From Dehalococcoidia bacterium (lineage in GTDB: Bacteria > Chloroflexota > Dehalococcoidia > GIF9 > AB-539-J10), in contig JALHUO010000052.1 in assembly GCA_022866545.1 (NCBI GenBank), positions 1-35,490 of the forward strand: a DNA stretch of 35,490 nucleotides, read 5' to 3'. The position numbers and the translations under genes are program-made. Under the pieces are notes generated by a model. It had not been told where the DNA came from. It was given only the letters and a program-made list of their open reading frames with translations, and did no database searches. Numbering within the stretch: the first letter of the stretch is position 1; each line of letters starts with the position of its first letter. Shown here piece after piece: positions 32,929-35,490 of the stretch.

Positions 32929-34119
32929 TCACAACGACCTGAAAGAATCGGCGACCTTAATCCTGGAGGCGCGAAAAGCAGGGTATACACTGGCTATGAC
33001 AGCAATAAGGGTAGCCAGAGCCAGAGAAGGGAGGAAATACTGAGGGGCATAGCTGATGGCTACGCCTCCGAAAATCAGCGGCCCGACTATGTATGCGAGC
33101 AGAGTCCCGGTTACATATCCCAACAAACCTCCTGCTACCCCGATGATAATTGCCTCGTAGAAGAAAATCTTCATTACCTGGTTGCGGGATGCTCCCACTG
33201 CTTTCATTATGCCGATGTCCTTGATTCTTTCGTGAACCGAGGTTGTCATGGTGTTGACCACGCCAAAGCAGCCAACAGCTAATGTGATTGCAGCCAGGGC
33301 GAATAGAAACCTGCTGACCTTGTCCAGCATACCCATCTCGGTCTCAGCTATTTGCTTTACGGCAATCGCCCGAACGCCCGCCATGTTCTCGTTAATGGCA
33401 CTGGCAATATCGGATGTAGGACAGGCATTACACAGTGCACGGATGTCTATTGAGGAGACCAAGCCCTCTTTATCGAATGCCTTTTGTACTGTCTCCAGCG
33501 GAACAAAAATCTGATAATCTTCATTTGAACCCGTCTCCTCAAGAATTCCGGTAATGGTTGCCTCTCCTACATTCAGTGTAATTGCGTCGCCCACATTGAG
33601 TTTGAGTAGCTCAGCGGCTACAGCCCCAACTAATGCTTCGTCGGGGGCTTCGAGGTACTTCCCTTGCGAGACCTTCCACCACGTCTTCACCAGGCGCTCC
33701 TCTTGAGGGGCTATCCCGACTACTATCACAGACGTTCCATTTATCTTGGTGTTCACGTAGAGTTTCGGAGCAATCGTGACAATATTTCCCTCATCTTCAA
33801 TACCCAACGCCTCCCTTATCTTGCCGTCTGCTATCTGTCGGATCTCCGGCAACTTGTCCTCAGAAATGTAATTCTCGCCAACTGACAAGGTGCCGAGGCT
33901 TAAACCGCCCAGTCCTATATCGATATCGCTTATGGCAGGCATGACCATCAAGTTGGCGCCATATTTCTCCAGTTGGCCATAGATATTCGTCTGTCCGGCG
34001 AGAGCGATTGTCAGCACGGCTATGATTGTTGTAATGCCGATAACCACGCCCAGCGAGGCATACAGCACTCGCTTCTTCCTTCTCATAATGTCTTTCACGA
34101 CTAATTGGTATAGTTTCAT
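32929..34119 (-). CDS. ABC transporter permease (MacB/FtsX-like)
   Basis: N-terminal TM, large extracytoplasmic domain with ALCNACP, ERIKDIGIMKAVGA, three C-terminal TMs, YPAFRAS. Confidence 0.92.
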   Translation of the reverse strand: MKLYQLVVKDIMRRKKRVLYASLGVVIGITTIIAVLTIALAGQTNIYGQLEKYGANLMVMPAISDIDIGLGGLSLGTLSVGENYISEDKLPEIRQIADGKIREALGIEDEGNIVTIAPKLYVNTKINGTSVIVVGIAPQEERLVKTWWKVSQGKYLEAPDEALVGAVAAELLKLNVGDAITLNVGEATITGILEETGSNEDYQIFVPLETVQKAFDKEGLVSSIDIRALCNACPTSDIASAINENMAGVRAIAVKQIAETEMGMLDKVSRFLFALAAITLAVGCFGVVNTMTTSVHERIKDIGIMKAVGASRNQVMKIFFYEAIIIGVAGGLLGYVTGTLLAYIVGPLIFGGVAISYAPQYFLPSLALATLIAVIASVYPAFRASRIKVADSFRSL

Positions 34120-34164
34120 CAACCCTCCTTCACAGTCGATTGAGCGCCTGCTCTAAGTCCTCCG

Positions 34165-34818
34165 TCAAATTTTCGATATTCTCCTGGCGCTCTCCAAGTT
34201 CTTCAGACGTTCCTCGAGTTTGTCTTGTTCCTTCAAAACGAACCTGATGGCTTCTGCCACAGGGTCAGGTAGGTTACCGTGCTCCAAATCCATGAGCGGT
34301 TTTCGGTGGTCCCCTGTTATTCTCCCCGGAATTCCCACCACCGTAGCTCCGGGAGGCACTGACTTTAACACCACTGAGCCAGCACCAACCTGAACTCCGT
34401 CCCCTATTGCGATTGAGCCTAAGGCTACCGCACCGGTCCCCATCACCACGTTATTGCCGATGGTGGGGTGGCGTTTGCCCTTGTTCAAAGTTGTCCCCCC
34501 AAGGACAACCCCTTGGTACAGCAAGACGTCGTCTCCAATCTCGGCTGTCTCTCCGATGACTACTCCCGCGCCATGGTCGATGAAGAACCGCTTGCCGATT
34601 CTAGCTCCGGGATGAATTTCAATGCCTGTTAGGAAGCGACTGATGTGAGAAAGGAGACGAGCCAGGAACTGGAGCCTGTGTTGCCAGAGGAAGTGGGCGA
34701 CACGGTGGAGCCACAGGGCATGGAGTCCAGGATAGCAGAAGATAACATCCAGCGTGTTCCTCGCCGCTGGATCTTTGGCGAAAACCGTTTGAATATCTTC
34801 TCTTAACGTCCCAAACAC
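34165..34818 (-). CDS. cysE: Serine O-acetyltransferase
   Basis: [38 protein letters not shown]; GTG start 34818 preferred. Confidence 0.95.
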   Translation of the reverse strand: MFGTLREDIQTVFAKDPAARNTLDVIFCYPGLHALWLHRVAHFLWQHRLQFLARLLSHISRFLTGIEIHPGARIGKRFFIDHGAGVVIGETAEIGDDVLLYQGVVLGGTTLNKGKRHPTIGNNVVMGTGAVALGSIAIGDGVQVGAGSVVLKSVPPGATVVGIPGRITGDHRKPLMDLEHGNLPDPVAEAIRFVLKEQDKLEERLKNLESARRISKI

Positions 34819-34837
34819 GATACTGCCTTTTTCTGAT

Positions 34838-35490
34838 TTATGGACCTTGTGTTGTCTGATAAAGCTCCTGGAAGAGCCAGGTCGACAGGTAGCGCTCTCC
34901 GGTGTCAGGTAGGACCACCACAATAAGCTTGTCTTTATTTTCTGCTCTCTTGGCTACCTCCAATGCTGCCCAGGTTGCTGCGCCTGAAGATATGCCAGCC
35001 AATATCCCTTCCTCCTTAGCTAATTTCCTGGCCATTATTCCGGCGTCCTGATTGGTAACTCTGATAATCTCGTCAATCAAATCCAGCCTGAGGATTTGAG
35101 GTATAAATCCCGCGCCAATGCCCTGAATCTTATGGGAGCCGGGCTTGCCCCCGGAAAGAACCGGAGAATCAGCCGGCTCAACAGCAATAGTCCTAAACTC
35201 AGGCTTCTTTTTCTTAATGACTTCAGCAACTCCTGTGATTGTCCCTCCCGTTCCCACACCGGAAACCAGGATATCTACTTCGCCTCCAGTATCCCTCCAG
35301 ATCTCTTCTGCGGTAGTCAGACGGTGTATCTCGGGATTGGCTGGATTGTTAAACTGTTGGGGCATGAAGTAATTGGGATTTTGTGCCACCAATTGCTCGG
35401 CTCTCTTTATCGCTCCGGTCATTCCTTCTATTCCAGGGGTCAAGACCAGCTCGGCACCGAAAACACTCAGGAGCTGCCTCCGCTCCAGAG
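34838..35490 (-). CDS. cysK: Cysteine synthase A (5' truncated by window edge)
   Basis: [39 protein letters not shown]. Confidence 0.95.
   Translation of the reverse strand, partial: LERRQLLSVFGAELVLTPGIEGMTGAIKRAEQLVAQNPNYFMPQQFNNPANPEIHRLTTAEEIWRDTGGEVDILVSGVGTGGTITGVAEVIKKKKPEFRTIAVEPADSPVLSGGKPGSHKIQGIGAGFIPQILRLDLIDEIIRVTNQDAGIMARKLAKEEGILAGISSGAATWAALEVAKRAENKDKLIVVVLPDTGERYLSTWLFQELYQTTQGP

Overview
Bacterial chromosomal segment, probably from an anaerobic Chloroflexota/Dehalococcoidia-like organism (inferred from gene content only). The left two-thirds is mostly housekeeping: partial EF-G paralog, etfBA, corA, Mut7-C, coaX-coaBC-valS, an NMO/FabK-like flavoprotein, polX-PHP, a CPBP protease, DUF1624, an RCC1-repeat lipoprotein and polA-GNAT-DUF3795-mutM. 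After mutM comes an accessory tract whose cassettes are separated by degenerate copies of the mutM 3' end: (i) an acyl-CoA dehydrogenase; (ii) a two-gene operon encoding a radical SAM/SPASM enzyme with a putative RRE/PqqD-like N-terminus, coupled to a signal-peptide/single-TM protein with a cytoplasmic CxxxxCACxACACACACACAGGGxxGC tail (best candidate for an undescribed system); (iii) a Z1-domain helicase-like gene with a small partner. These are followed by three tiny two-TM genes, an enoyl-CoA isomerase/hydratase, and cysK-cysE-ABC permease/ATPase-two DUF2318 lipoproteins. Several small palindromic or REP/MITE-like elements are present, one of them in frame inside polA. No rRNA, tRNA, CRISPR array, integrase or transposase was seen.
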